Origin: Hyperthermus butylicus DSM 5456
GTDB lineage: Archaea > Thermoproteota > Thermoprotei_A > Sulfolobales > Pyrodictiaceae
Assembly: GCF_000015145.1 (NCBI RefSeq)
Contig: NC_008818.1
Coordinates: 120,001 to 152,000 of the forward strand
Reading direction: 5' to 3'
Length of the DNA: 32,000 bases
Shown here: positions 1 through 8,980 of the stretch, piece by piece
Numbering within the stretch: the first letter of the stretch is position 1
Layout: each line of letters begins with the position of its first letter
Translations under genes and position numbers: made by a program
Notes under the pieces: generated by a model
The model's input: only the letters and a program-made list of their open reading frames with translations
Databases searched by the model: none
What the model was told of the DNA's origin: nothing

Positions 1-220
1 GGAGCACGTCTACGAGCCTGGCGGCCCCCGAGAGGGCCTCAACCAGCTCGTCCAGCTTGGCCCAGCGGCAGGTGCCGGGCAGCATCTCGGCTAGCTTCCA
101 GTTGTGGCAGAAGGGGCAGCGCAGGTTGCACCCGCAGAGCCACAGGGTGAACGAGACGCGGCCCCTTACGTCCACTAGGCTCGGCGCCTTCCAGCCCCCG
201 ACCAGCAGTGTGTCCCGCAT
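1..220 (-). CDS. nrdG: Anaerobic ribonucleoside-triphosphate reductase activating protein (radical SAM), 3' part cut off by the window edge
   Basis: Reverse translation from ATG at 220: MRDTLLVGGWKAPSLVDVRGRVSFTLWLCGCNLRCPFCHNWKLAEMLPGTC... contains the CxxxCxxC-type motif CGCNLRCPFCHN; lies downstream of nrdD. Confidence 0.88.
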   Translation of the reverse strand, partial: MRDTLLVGGWKAPSLVDVRGRVSFTLWLCGCNLRCPFCHNWKLAEMLPGTCRWAKLDELVEALSGAARLVDVL

Positions 221-813
221 GTGTTTCTGCCCCGGGTGAGCCGTGTGTACTCCTCGTGGACGCGGCGCGCCTTTGCTTCTAGCGGTGCCTCGGCATCCAG
301 GACGAGTACGTGGCGTGCTATTCGTGCTCCGTACGCCTCTACGAGCCGTGACACTTCCTGGTCTATGAACTGTATGTACTCGGGGTCCGCCTCCTCTCTG
401 GCCGTCGCCCGGCCCCGTGCTAGTACGCGGCGCGCAATCTCCAGGGGGTCGCGGGCCCTTATGTAGACTAGCAGGTCTACCGGCGGGAGTATGAGGAGCA
501 GCTTCTCCATGGCCTCGGCGGCCCCGCCACCCGATCCGCGGAGCCACCACCGAGTATAGACTGGTACTAGTAGCGGGTGGCTATCCATGACCACGGTCTT
601 GCCGTCGCTGCGGGCCTCCCGGTATGCTGCTACGAGGCGCTCGATGAAACGGGCGTAGAAGAGGAGCTGCCTAGCGGCCGGGGGCAGCCCGGCAGCCTCA
701 CCGATAGCCTCCACTTCGCGGTAGATGTAGCAGCCGGGGTAGAGCCTGGCTAGGAGCCTTGCTGTGGAGGTCTTGCCGGAGCCGTGTACACCGACAAAAG
801 CCACGAGCGGCAA
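175..813 (-). CDS. P-loop nucleotide/deoxynucleoside kinase-like protein (thymidylate/adenylate kinase-like fold)
   Basis: 212 aa ORF with N-terminal Walker A GVHGSGKTS, internal VVMDSHPLL (DxH/Walker-B-like) and LID-like VLARGRATAREEADPEYI; start TTG; overlaps nrdG start by about 46 nt. Confidence 0.7.
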   Translation of the reverse strand: MPLVAFVGVHGSGKTSTARLLARLYPGCYIYREVEAIGEAAGLPPAARQLLFYARFIERLVAAYREARSDGKTVVMDSHPLLVPVYTRWWLRGSGGGAAEAMEKLLLILPPVDLLVYIRARDPLEIARRVLARGRATAREEADPEYIQFIDQEVSRLVEAYGARIARHVLVLDAEAPLEAKARRVHEEYTRLTRGRNTCGTHCWSGAGRRRA

Positions 814-852
814 GGCATTCTATGCCTCTCCGTGGCTGGCTGTTTGCAACGT

Positions 853-2760
853 CTAGAGCCTGTTGTAGTGGTGGCGTAGCCAGAACTCCCTCCTCCTTGC
901 GGGGTTCCAGTTCCGTAGCGGGCGGTAGTAGCCAACAATCCTACTCCATATCTCTGTCTCGCCTCCACACCTGGGGCATGTGGTGCGGATGCCTACGCTG
1001 CTCCAGCCGCAGCGTGGGCAGACGCTTAGTGCCGGAGTGTAGCTCCAGTAGACGAGGCTCGTGTTCGCGGCCAGCTTCCTCGTGAGGCTTGCGAGGGCCT
1101 CTGGGTCGGGCTCCTCGCCGAGGAAGATGTGCATTATCACGCCGCCGGTGAAGACTGGCTGCACCCGCTCCTCGACCTCGACCCGCTCCCATAGCTCCAT
1201 CGGCGCGTAGTAGGGGGCTATGCTGGTGCTGTAGATGGGCTCCTCGGGGTCTGGCAGGTACTCGCGTAGCTCCGGGAAGAGCTGGACGTCCCTCTCTGCG
1301 AGCCGTGCCGCGGCGCTCTCGCCTGGCACCTCCTCCACGTTGAACGGTATGCCGGTCTTCTTGCTCCACTCCCTAGTCCTCGACACGATGTGCTCCACGG
1401 TCTTCTTCATCCACTCGGCCATCCTGAACCACTGGCTCCTGCTGCCCTCAGTCCAGGCCTTCGGGTCGCCAGCCATTATCGCAGCAGCCTCCGACAGCCC
1501 TATCACGCCGACGGGCAGGAAGTACGTCGACCCCATCAACCGGAGGGCTTCCGGCACATATTCGAGAACCATACTGTAGAACTCAGGGTAGGCCTTGGCG
1601 AGCCTCTCGTAGCGCCTGGCGAACCACTCAAGGCCACTCCTTACAAGCGCCAGGGTCTCATCGAGCTTCTCGACAAACGCCTCGTCGTCGCGGCGTGCCT
1701 CAAGAGCTATCCTGGGCAGGTTAACCGTGATGACGACCTTGCTGCCAGTAATGTCGGGCATTGCCCAGAGGCCGCCCATATGCTGCTTCTCGAGGCTCCG
1801 TATGTACTCCTCCCTGGCCTGCTCCAGCTCCCTCCGGATGTCGCGTATACGCATACTCTTGCCGCCGACGCGCAGGGCGTGCCGAAGCTCATTCATGTCA
1901 ATGTTTATCCTGCAGCACATCGCAAAGCTGGCGTTCGGGTCTACGACCCGGGTGTTTAGCCAGTACCCGGTCCCCCGCCTGGCTGCAGCGCCGAAGACGG
2001 CATCGAAGATCTCCGGGTCGTCGTAGAGCAGCTTGCTGGTAGTCATAATGGTTGGGATGGGGAATGTGAAGGGTCGGCCGGCAACATCGCCCTCCATGTG
2101 TACCTCGTAGAGGGCCCGCACAAACAACCGTGCCTCGTCGAGGTACTCGCCCAGCTTGCCGACGGGCTCGCCGGCATAGATGGCGTCGTCCCTCTCAAGC
2201 TTCGTCTCCGCGGCATCCAGGACCACTGTAAAGTTAGTGAATGGTGTCTGCATGCCAACCCTGCTCGGGAAGTTGAGGTTGAAGATGAGCCTCTGCACGC
2301 CCTGCCGTATCTCCCGGTAGCCGAGCCTGTCGCGTCTTATGAAGGGGCCCGCGTAGAGCTCCACAGCGCCGAAAGCCTGGGCTCCACTGAAGTAGTGCTG
2401 CATAGCTATCAGGTAGTTCGTCACATGGTCCACAAAGGTGTCAAAGTGCCGGGCCGGCCGGGCCGTTATCGTAGGGGTCTTCAGCCCCCTGCGCAGCAGC
2501 CGCTCCACGCTATGACCGCTGCAGTACGGTATGAAGAGCGCGTATGGCAGCTTGTGCACGTAAACCCTACCGTCAAGATGAGCTCTGGCCAGGGGCTCCG
2601 GAAGCACACTCCGTACAACCGGCCGGAGAGCCTTCTCAGCAACATAGGTTAGGAGCCCGCTAGGGCCAGGATACCGGTTAGCATTCTCAAACACGTCAAA
2701 CACTGAAGCCTCCAGGTACTCCGCGACACTAACCAGGCCCTCTCGCTCTCCTATACTTTT
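853..2760 (-). CDS. nrdD: Anaerobic (class III) ribonucleoside-triphosphate reductase; ORF is open up to 2997 but similarity-like sequence begins around VAEYLEASVFDVFENANR
   Basis: Motifs QTPFTNFTVVLDA, DPNASFAMCCRINID, zinc-binding CPRCGWSSVGIRTTCPRCGG, and glycyl radical region RIVGYYRPLRNWNP at the C-terminus. Start coordinate is approximate. Confidence 0.92.
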   Translation of the reverse strand, partial: KSIGEREGLVSVAEYLEASVFDVFENANRYPGPSGLLTYVAEKALRPVVRSVLPEPLARAHLDGRVYVHKLPYALFIPYCSGHSVERLLRRGLKTPTITARPARHFDTFVDHVTNYLIAMQHYFSGAQAFGAVELYAGPFIRRDRLGYREIRQGVQRLIFNLNFPSRVGMQTPFTNFTVVLDAAETKLERDDAIYAGEPVGKLGEYLDEARLFVRALYEVHMEGDVAGRPFTFPIPTIMTTSKLLYDDPEIFDAVFGAAARRGTGYWLNTRVVDPNASFAMCCRINIDMNELRHALRVGGKSMRIRDIRRELEQAREEYIRSLEKQHMGGLWAMPDITGSKVVITVNLPRIALEARRDDEAFVEKLDETLALVRSGLEWFARRYERLAKAYPEFYSMVLEYVPEALRLMGSTYFLPVGVIGLSEAAAIMAGDPKAWTEGSRSQWFRMAEWMKKTVEHIVSRTREWSKKTGIPFNVEEVPGESAAARLAERDVQLFPELREYLPDPEEPIYSTSIAPYYAPMELWERVEVEERVQPVFTGGVIMHIFLGEEPDPEALASLTRKLAANTSLVYWSYTPALSVCPRCGWSSVGIRTTCPRCGGETEIWSRIVGYYRPLRNWNPARRREFWLRHHYNRL

Positions 2761-3102
2761 CAAGGGTCTCCACAGCGAACCCCGCTGGTATAAGGCCCTA
2801 CCCGCATAGTTAGAGTAGAACAGTCGTGAGAGGGCTGGAACACCGCATGCAGGAGTAACACCCGCGTATGCAATTGCGATATACGGTGATGGGTAACAGA
2901 GAAAGCCTGGACCACAGGGCCACCACCAACAACCAATGCTGCAATGGATTACCCGGACCCAAGCCGCCTGCACAAGAGAATCAGGGGGAGCCAGCAAAAG
3001 AAGCTAACAATGATGCATTACTCCAATAGCCAGGATAACCAGCTTGTCCCCCTTGGAGACTGGGAGTCGACCACTGAGTATAGCGCAGGGAGAAGGGGAG
3101 GG

Positions 3103-3181
3103 TGGTGCGGCGGCCGGGATTTGAACCCGGGATCGCCGGCTTGGCAGGCCGGCGTCCTAGTCCAGGCTAGACGACCGCCGC
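3103..3181 (-). tRNA. tRNA-Gly(GCC), CCA encoded (mature body 3106-3181)
   Basis: Reverse complement GCGGCGGTCGTCTAGCCTGGACTAGGACGCCGGCCTGCCAAGCCGGCGATCCCGGGTTCAAATCCCGGCCGCCGCA-CCA; acceptor, anticodon and T stems all pair; anticodon loop CTGCCAA. Confidence 0.95.
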
Positions 3182-3322
3182 AGCCATCCATGTTACAGCT
3201 TTCCTCCCTAATAGGGGCGGGGTTTTAACGTTTATGGCCAGTATTGTTCCTTGGCAGGTGTGTAGAGTTTATGGGGGCACACCCGCCTACCTACAGTGTA
3301 CACGTAGGGAGCTGGGAGCACT

Positions 3323-3793
3323 ATGGCAGCGAGCCGCGGCAAGCTGCGGGGCGTCAGCGAGATAGTCTCAGCAGCACTACTAGTTATCATAGTTGTTAGC
3401 GTGGGCGCGTTCGTAGTCGCCCGTATCCTTGAGACCATCGGCTACGGGATCCATGCTGGCGAGAGACAAGTCCTAAAGACAATGATATCAACCAGGCAAG
3501 CGGTAGCCCCTGCTCTAGCCTATATAGATGCCAACAATACACTACACGTTGTAATAGTGACGGGCGACTACCCGGTAGAGCTAACCGCGCTCTACATAAA
3601 TGGCAGCATTGCAACAAACTGCAATGTAACCAGTGGCAACACGACAGGTCCACTAGAGGGCTTCGTAGTGCCATACTACTCGCTGGCCCATATACAATGC
3701 AGCCTTCCAGCAGATACGAAGCTGGCAGAAGTCACACTCTACCATGGAGGTGGTGGTATTGCGGTGTTCGCCAGGAAGCTCACAGCAGCCTAG
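3323..3793 (+). CDS. Archaeal type IV pilin-like/archaellin-like secreted protein with class III signal peptide
   Basis: N-terminus MAASRGKLRG|VSEIVSAALLVIIVVSVGAFVVARIL: basic region, RG, then a long hydrophobic helix; remainder is beta-rich with small residues and no TM. Confidence 0.7.
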   Translation: MAASRGKLRGVSEIVSAALLVIIVVSVGAFVVARILETIGYGIHAGERQVLKTMISTRQAVAPALAYIDANNTLHVVIVTGDYPVELTALYINGSIATNCNVTSGNTTGPLEGFVVPYYSLAHIQCSLPADTKLAEVTLYHGGGGIAVFARKLTAA

Positions 3794-6605
3794 CGGGACG
3801 AGAGCTGTAGCAACAATCGTCGGAGCCGCAATGCTAGCCCTAGCCCTACTTGCCCTAATAGCATTCTACCTCTATACGCTCCGCCAGCAAACCGAGATAA
3901 CGCAAATAGCTACCGAGGCAGCAGAAGCCAAGCTAACAGCCCCGCTTCTTGCATCAGCCATACACGGCTACTACATGTATGACAGTAGCGGCAACCTATA
4001 CATCTACATACACTCATCGGCGCCACGCACAGTACTAGCAACAAGCCTAGTAATACTCTGGAACGACACGACAACACTACTCGTAGACCGCAACAACGAA
4101 AGCCTCTCAGCACTAGGCATAGTTGCCACAGTCACACACGCCGACGGCACAAAAGAGCAAATAGACAGATTCCCAATACCCCTGGCTCCAGGAGACAGCT
4201 TCACACTAATCCTAATCGGCCGCGCAGCAAACAAGAAACCATCATCAATAGCTCTCAGCATATCAGCAAGCCCCATCGTAGCCATAATACCAATCCGCCC
4301 CTACACGCCGGTAGCAGGAAACATTACAACAGCCCAGCCGCCACAGCCTGCAGCAAAGCTCTACGCCGAACTACAAAGAACAGCCTACAGCGGCACAGTA
4401 ACATGGAGCGGAACAGCTTACGGCACAGCACTAGCAAACACCATAGCCCAACCACAACAAGTACAGCTCCTCCAAGGCTACAATCTAACACCCCTAGATC
4501 CAGCACTCATACAGGAACATGACAACAAGACACTGATAATAGAGCAGTATAAGCCAACACTAACTATAATCAATATTACGCAGGAGACAAGTAACACAAT
4601 ATACTTTCAGGATTTTGATTCGTGCAATGTGATAAGCACACAAACATGGGCTAAAATAGGTGGTGTATGGTCTGACACGCGAGGATTGCACGGGTGCGGT
4701 ATAGGTCAGTCTAAGCCTTCAACTAGTGGTGAAAGCTTCGGAGGAAGCGGAGAATATGTAGCTTATCCGAATCTTGCTACTGGATTCCTACCGAGAAGCG
4801 GGTCGTACTATATTGCCGCCCATGTCAACCTTGCAAGCTCGTTAAATTATCATGAAATAGTCTTGTTCGACGATCCTAAGAGCCAAAGTCGGCTCGTAGC
4901 GGTAGGTGTTTACTTGAGTGATACTAGTGGAATTAACAATGCGTTTCTTGTAGTTGATACATGGACGCCTAGCACTGGGTGGGACAATGTTAACTATTCC
5001 AGGTTTAGCATTACAGGTAATGCATGGCTGACTGTTCTAGCTTTCGTTAATGTATCTGCTAATCTGCTCATGGCATACGTGTATGATGAAAAAGGTCAAA
5101 CGCTTTACGCTAGTGTGCCTGCTAACTTGTCCGCTGGTAATCCGCAATTCGATCTTTCTGCTCTCTCATACGCAGGTGTAGGTACGTATGATGCTAAAGC
5201 AGTGTTTGATGACTTTATAGTATCTCGTGCAAATCCCTTGCAAATTAATTTGAGAGTCGTCGATTTAAATGGAGTCCCTCTCTCTGGGGTTAACGTGACT
5301 ATTTTCGACTCTTCCGGCGTGAAAGTCGCTAGCGGTGTTACTGGGGATGATGGTTTCGTGCAGCCACCGCTTAATATTGGCTGGAAACCTATCCTTCGCA
5401 ATGCCGTTGTAGCTGTCTACTACGATGGAGTGTCTGCTAACATAAGTGTCCCATTGCTTCTTGGCGGCGAGAACTACACCTTGTACATTTCTAGGGTCTA
5501 CACTATCAGAGTTAACGTTTCCACGATCGTCAACACAAGCCTCGACCTGGGCCCTATCCGCATCGAGTATGCCTTCTCGGCTACCGCTCCAGGCAACTAC
5601 ACTATATTTGCTAACTGGAACGGCTCCTGGGTGCTTGTTGCCAGCGGTATCTACACTGGACCAGCCCTAGTTGTAAATAGCACGCCATGGTACACGTATT
5701 CAGGGCAGATAGCTAATAAGACTAATGGTACTGTCCTAATCGGGTTAGTGTTCACCTCATCGTCACCAGTCAACGTCTCCGTGGACGAGCTTAACGCCAG
5801 GTACCAGTTCTGGAACTACTCCTCCTTCAGTGCATTCATTGTTGGTGTCGGAGGGTCAAGCATCATAGATGTCTATGATGTTGCGAGTGGTGTGCTGCAA
5901 TACCGGTACAATATGAGTGCTGGCAGTATCTTCAACGGCTCTACTGTGATAGCGTATGACCCCGCTACTCGTAGACTCTTACTATTCAACTCCAGTGGTC
6001 TCTACTCCTCCCTCCTCAGCCCCCCTGGGAACTTCATCCTGGTCAACAATACTTGTAGGGCTCAGATCAATGCCGCCATGGCAGTGGTTAATACATCCTC
6101 GGCTAGCTATGCTGTGCTCCTCGTGGGTGGCGGGGGTGACGCCTACTGTGTAGTCGATCTCTCCACCGGCAACGTTATCGATTCGGGGAACCTAAGTAGA
6201 AATATTGGCTTCACGGTTTCAACTGACCCCACACTGGTCTACACCGCTTCGGCTGTTTCGAGTGATGGCTCTACAGCCTACTTCCTAGTCTACGATACCA
6301 GTGATGGTGTGCCAGTTATAATAGAGTATAACGCTTCAACTGGTGATTGGAATGTTACAGGTGTAGCTCCAGCATCGAGAGCGGTTGGAATGGCTTACGG
6401 CAATGGGTACCTGTGGGTTCTCTATGAGCGCGGAAGCCTATACAAGATAGACCCGACGACTGGCAGATCGGAGTACGTTGACATATACCTCCCGTTCTAT
6501 CCATGGGGCCCCGGCGACCGCCTAGAGTATATTGATTCGGGCAGATTACTCCTCTTTGTACGAGCGGATGGTACTAGGGAGGTTTGGAGCATACCTACGG
6601 GATAG
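3759..6605 (+). CDS. Very large pilin-type-anchored cell-surface protein (adhesin-like) with lectin/LamG-like, Ig/CNA-B-like and propeller-like segments
   Basis: ORF 3744..6605 (start uncertain: ATG 3744, GTG 3750/3753 or TTG 3759). N-terminus SGTRAVATIVGAAMLALALLALIAFYLYTLRQQTEI; segment IYFQDFDSCN...SGSYYIAAHV..EIVLFDDP resembles concanavalin-like folds; INLRVVDLNGVPLSGVNVTIFDSSGVKVASGVTGDDGFVQP resembles a CNA-B/Big-type domain; many NxS/T sites. Confidence 0.65.
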   Translation: MRCSPGSSQQPSGTRAVATIVGAAMLALALLALIAFYLYTLRQQTEITQIATEAAEAKLTAPLLASAIHGYYMYDSSGNLYIYIHSSAPRTVLATSLVILWNDTTTLLVDRNNESLSALGIVATVTHADGTKEQIDRFPIPLAPGDSFTLILIGRAANKKPSSIALSISASPIVAIIPIRPYTPVAGNITTAQPPQPAAKLYAELQRTAYSGTVTWSGTAYGTALANTIAQPQQVQLLQGYNLTPLDPALIQEHDNKTLIIEQYKPTLTIINITQETSNTIYFQDFDSCNVISTQTWAKIGGVWSDTRGLHGCGIGQSKPSTSGESFGGSGEYVAYPNLATGFLPRSGSYYIAAHVNLASSLNYHEIVLFDDPKSQSRLVAVGVYLSDTSGINNAFLVVDTWTPSTGWDNVNYSRFSITGNAWLTVLAFVNVSANLLMAYVYDEKGQTLYASVPANLSAGNPQFDLSALSYAGVGTYDAKAVFDDFIVSRANPLQINLRVVDLNGVPLSGVNVTIFDSSGVKVASGVTGDDGFVQPPLNIGWKPILRNAVVAVYYDGVSANISVPLLLGGENYTLYISRVYTIRVNVSTIVNTSLDLGPIRIEYAFSATAPGNYTIFANWNGSWVLVASGIYTGPALVVNSTPWYTYSGQIANKTNGTVLIGLVFTSSSPVNVSVDELNARYQFWNYSSFSAFIVGVGGSSIIDVYDVASGVLQYRYNMSAGSIFNGSTVIAYDPATRRLLLFNSSGLYSSLLSPPGNFILVNNTCRAQINAAMAVVNTSSASYAVLLVGGGGDAYCVVDLSTGNVIDSGNLSRNIGFTVSTDPTLVYTASAVSSDGSTAYFLVYDTSDGVPVIIEYNASTGDWNVTGVAPASRAVGMAYGNGYLWVLYERGSLYKIDPTTGRSEYVDIYLPFYPWGPGDRLEYIDSGRLLLFVRADGTREVWSIPTG

Positions 6606-6829
6606 GCTGGCTCTAGGCTGGTGTGGCCCAGCTATCTGGTAGATTTACCCTAGGAGGCCAGCGTGGCTCTGGATACGTACCGGTTCGAGATGCAGTGTTT
6701 CTGTTAGTTTCTGGGACAAAACATTTGTTTCAAACCAAATGAAACGATGATGATTGTCTTTGTCCCAGCCTTTCCCTTTTGAGAACGGGGCCCCATCCAG
6801 GGCTCCCGGGTAGCTCGGGTGTGAGAGCC

Positions 6830-8713
6830 ATGGCATGGGGCCGTGTAGGCGTAACTGGTCTGGTTGCCCTAAGCTTCATCGTACTCCTAGTAGTTAGTAG
6901 TGTATCGCCGCTGCTGGCTAGCGTTGCAGCAGCTGAGGAGACAAATACAACACAAACTACTGATAACACTACCATAGCTAATGCTAACCTTACTGTGATT
7001 AATACTAGTGTGGCTGGTAACGCTACCGTGGAGGCTGAGGCTGGAGCTGAAACGACGGCAAGTAGTGAGTCTATTGCTGTGAACGTGAGGGTAGGTGTGT
7101 CCGTTTCGGCGCCGGGTACAGAGTTCGGCATGATGCTTACACGTCTAGATAATGTGACGCTGGGCAAGGCGCGTGCACTAGTAATGGTCTACAGTGGCAT
7201 GATGCGCAGCGCCCTGGCGCGCCTGGGCCTGCTAAATGCAACTCCGGAGCAGATAGCAGAGGCCCTGGACGTTCCTCCTGAATACGCGGCGGCGATATAC
7301 AATACTGCGAGGGTGGTTAGCCAGCAGCTAGACAGCATGACTGATGAGCAGGTAATGCAGCTCTTACACGAAGTGATGGCGGCCCATAAGATCCTTGTAG
7401 ATCGTGTGAAGGAGATGGCTGAGAGGGCTGCTGAGAGAATTAAGGAGAAGATACAGCAGCGCGTAATGGAGCACATTGCTAGGACTGTGGAGAAGATTGC
7501 ACGTCAGCTCAACGATACTGAACTGGCTCGGCTGGCACAACAGCTCAGGAACATGAGCAGACTTGGCAACTACACGGCGGCAAACATAACGAGGCTGATG
7601 AAGGATGTTGTGGCTAGGATTGAGGCTCACAATACGTTTATGCTGGCAATGAGAATGGATGATGCGGTGATGAAGCAGCTGGTACGCCTAGCAAACACGG
7701 CTAATGTAACGGATCCAGTGCGGTACATGGTGAAGCTCCAGAAGAGCCTAGCTAAGGCGATCAAGCTCCTGGAGCATGTGCGTGTAAGGCTGCAGGAGAC
7801 GGGTGCAGGCCCTGAAGCGAGAGAGGTGGTGCAGACCGCGTTGGGGAACATGGCTGGTGTCAACGAGACGGTACAGCAGGTAATGGCCATGGCTAAGATA
7901 TATGCTCGGGTCGGTGTGAACAAGACGAGCGTAGCGCTGGAGGCTGTCAAGGCAGCGTTTACGGCTAGGATAGACAGGCTGGCGTCTAGGGCAAACATGC
8001 TGGCAGAAGAGATAGCTATGCTAATGAACCTGGTGGATAACCCCAAGGCGCTGGACCTGCTGCATGACGCGCGGGAAGAGCTAGCAGAAGCCAATAGTAC
8101 TCTTGCAAAGGCTCGCGTGGCACTGGAGCAGGGCAACCTGGTTGGGGCTGTAAAGCTGCTAACTGATGTTGAGAGGAGCCTGGCAAAAGCCGAGATGTAC
8201 ATTGGTAGGGTGCACGGTCACCTCGTAAAGGCAGTGATTGAGCAGAGCCAGCACGGAAGGGAGGTGCTGGGCGAGGAGCAGCACCGGAGAATAATTAGTA
8301 ACGAGACGCTGGCAAAGCTAAAAATAAGGATAGAGGCCAAGATTAGGGAGGCTAAGCGCCTAATAAACCAGAGCATACAGGTCATATACCAGGTAAACGA
8401 TAACGAGGCTCGGAAGGAGACCCTAGACAAGCTTCACGATGCACAGGAGGAGCTACATGAGGCTCTTGCAAGCCTTGAACAAGCCGAAGAAAAGCTAGCA
8501 AAGGGCGACATTGCCGAAGCCCTTGAGCTGTACCGCGAGGCACTCGAGAAAGCCGTGAAAGCAATCCACAAGGTGAAACTATCAACTCAAATAGCTAAGA
8601 TGTACATGAACCTTGTAAAGACGATGGCAAAGATGCACCACGAGGAGAAGCATGAGAAGAAGGCCGAAGAAGCTAAGGAGAAGGCTGAGGAGAAGAGAAG
8701 AGAAGCACCGTGA
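6830..8713 (+). CDS. Secreted, almost entirely alpha-helical (coiled-coil-like) protein with N-terminal signal/TM segment
   Basis: ORF 6779..8713; likely ATG at 6830 giving MAWGRVGVTGLVALSFIVLLVVSSVSPLLASVAAAEE; then Thr/Asn-rich linker, then heptad-like helices with repeated A..L..A..AL..G units and a KKAEEAKEKAEEKRR tail. Confidence 0.65.
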   Translation: MAWGRVGVTGLVALSFIVLLVVSSVSPLLASVAAAEETNTTQTTDNTTIANANLTVINTSVAGNATVEAEAGAETTASSESIAVNVRVGVSVSAPGTEFGMMLTRLDNVTLGKARALVMVYSGMMRSALARLGLLNATPEQIAEALDVPPEYAAAIYNTARVVSQQLDSMTDEQVMQLLHEVMAAHKILVDRVKEMAERAAERIKEKIQQRVMEHIARTVEKIARQLNDTELARLAQQLRNMSRLGNYTAANITRLMKDVVARIEAHNTFMLAMRMDDAVMKQLVRLANTANVTDPVRYMVKLQKSLAKAIKLLEHVRVRLQETGAGPEAREVVQTALGNMAGVNETVQQVMAMAKIYARVGVNKTSVALEAVKAAFTARIDRLASRANMLAEEIAMLMNLVDNPKALDLLHDAREELAEANSTLAKARVALEQGNLVGAVKLLTDVERSLAKAEMYIGRVHGHLVKAVIEQSQHGREVLGEEQHRRIISNETLAKLKIRIEAKIREAKRLINQSIQVIYQVNDNEARKETLDKLHDAQEELHEALASLEQAEEKLAKGDIAEALELYREALEKAVKAIHKVKLSTQIAKMYMNLVKTMAKMHHEEKHEKKAEEAKEKAEEKRREAP

Positions 8714-8980
8714 GGAGCACATGAAGCAGCTAGCAGCTGGCAATGAAATCCTACTAGCAGAGATAAAACGAGGCTGTCACCCTAGTAGACAATGCCACAA
8801 GCCTATTACAACAAGCAAAAAGAAGCTCTAGAAAACGCAGACATGGCAACAGCACACGACCTCGTAGCACAGGCGCGCGAGCTGCTAGACCAGGCTAAAC
8901 AGATACTCGACAACGTGGAGGAGCAGCTACAGCTACCAGGCGCTAGTCACCCAAGAGGAGAACACGGCACAAGACCATGA
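8714..8980 (+). pseudogene. Frame-disrupted helical coding remnant (C-terminal extension or degenerate paralogue of the preceding gene)
   Basis: Three successive frames give contiguous helical sequence: HREEHMKQLAAGNEILLAEIKR (frame from 8706), EAVTLVDNATSLLQQAKKKL* (frame of 8791), and KEALENADMATAHDLVAQARELLDQAKQILDNVEEQLQ (ORF 8792..8980), matching the style of LLHDAREELAEANSTLAKARVALEQGNLVGAVKLL in the upstream gene. Confidence 0.5.

Noticed and set aside
3232-3438. 68-aa minus-strand ORF at 3232-3438 and 94-aa ORF over the tRNA (2944-3228)
   Set aside because: One overlaps the start of the pilin-like gene in antisense and the other runs through tRNA-Gly; both are chance ORFs.
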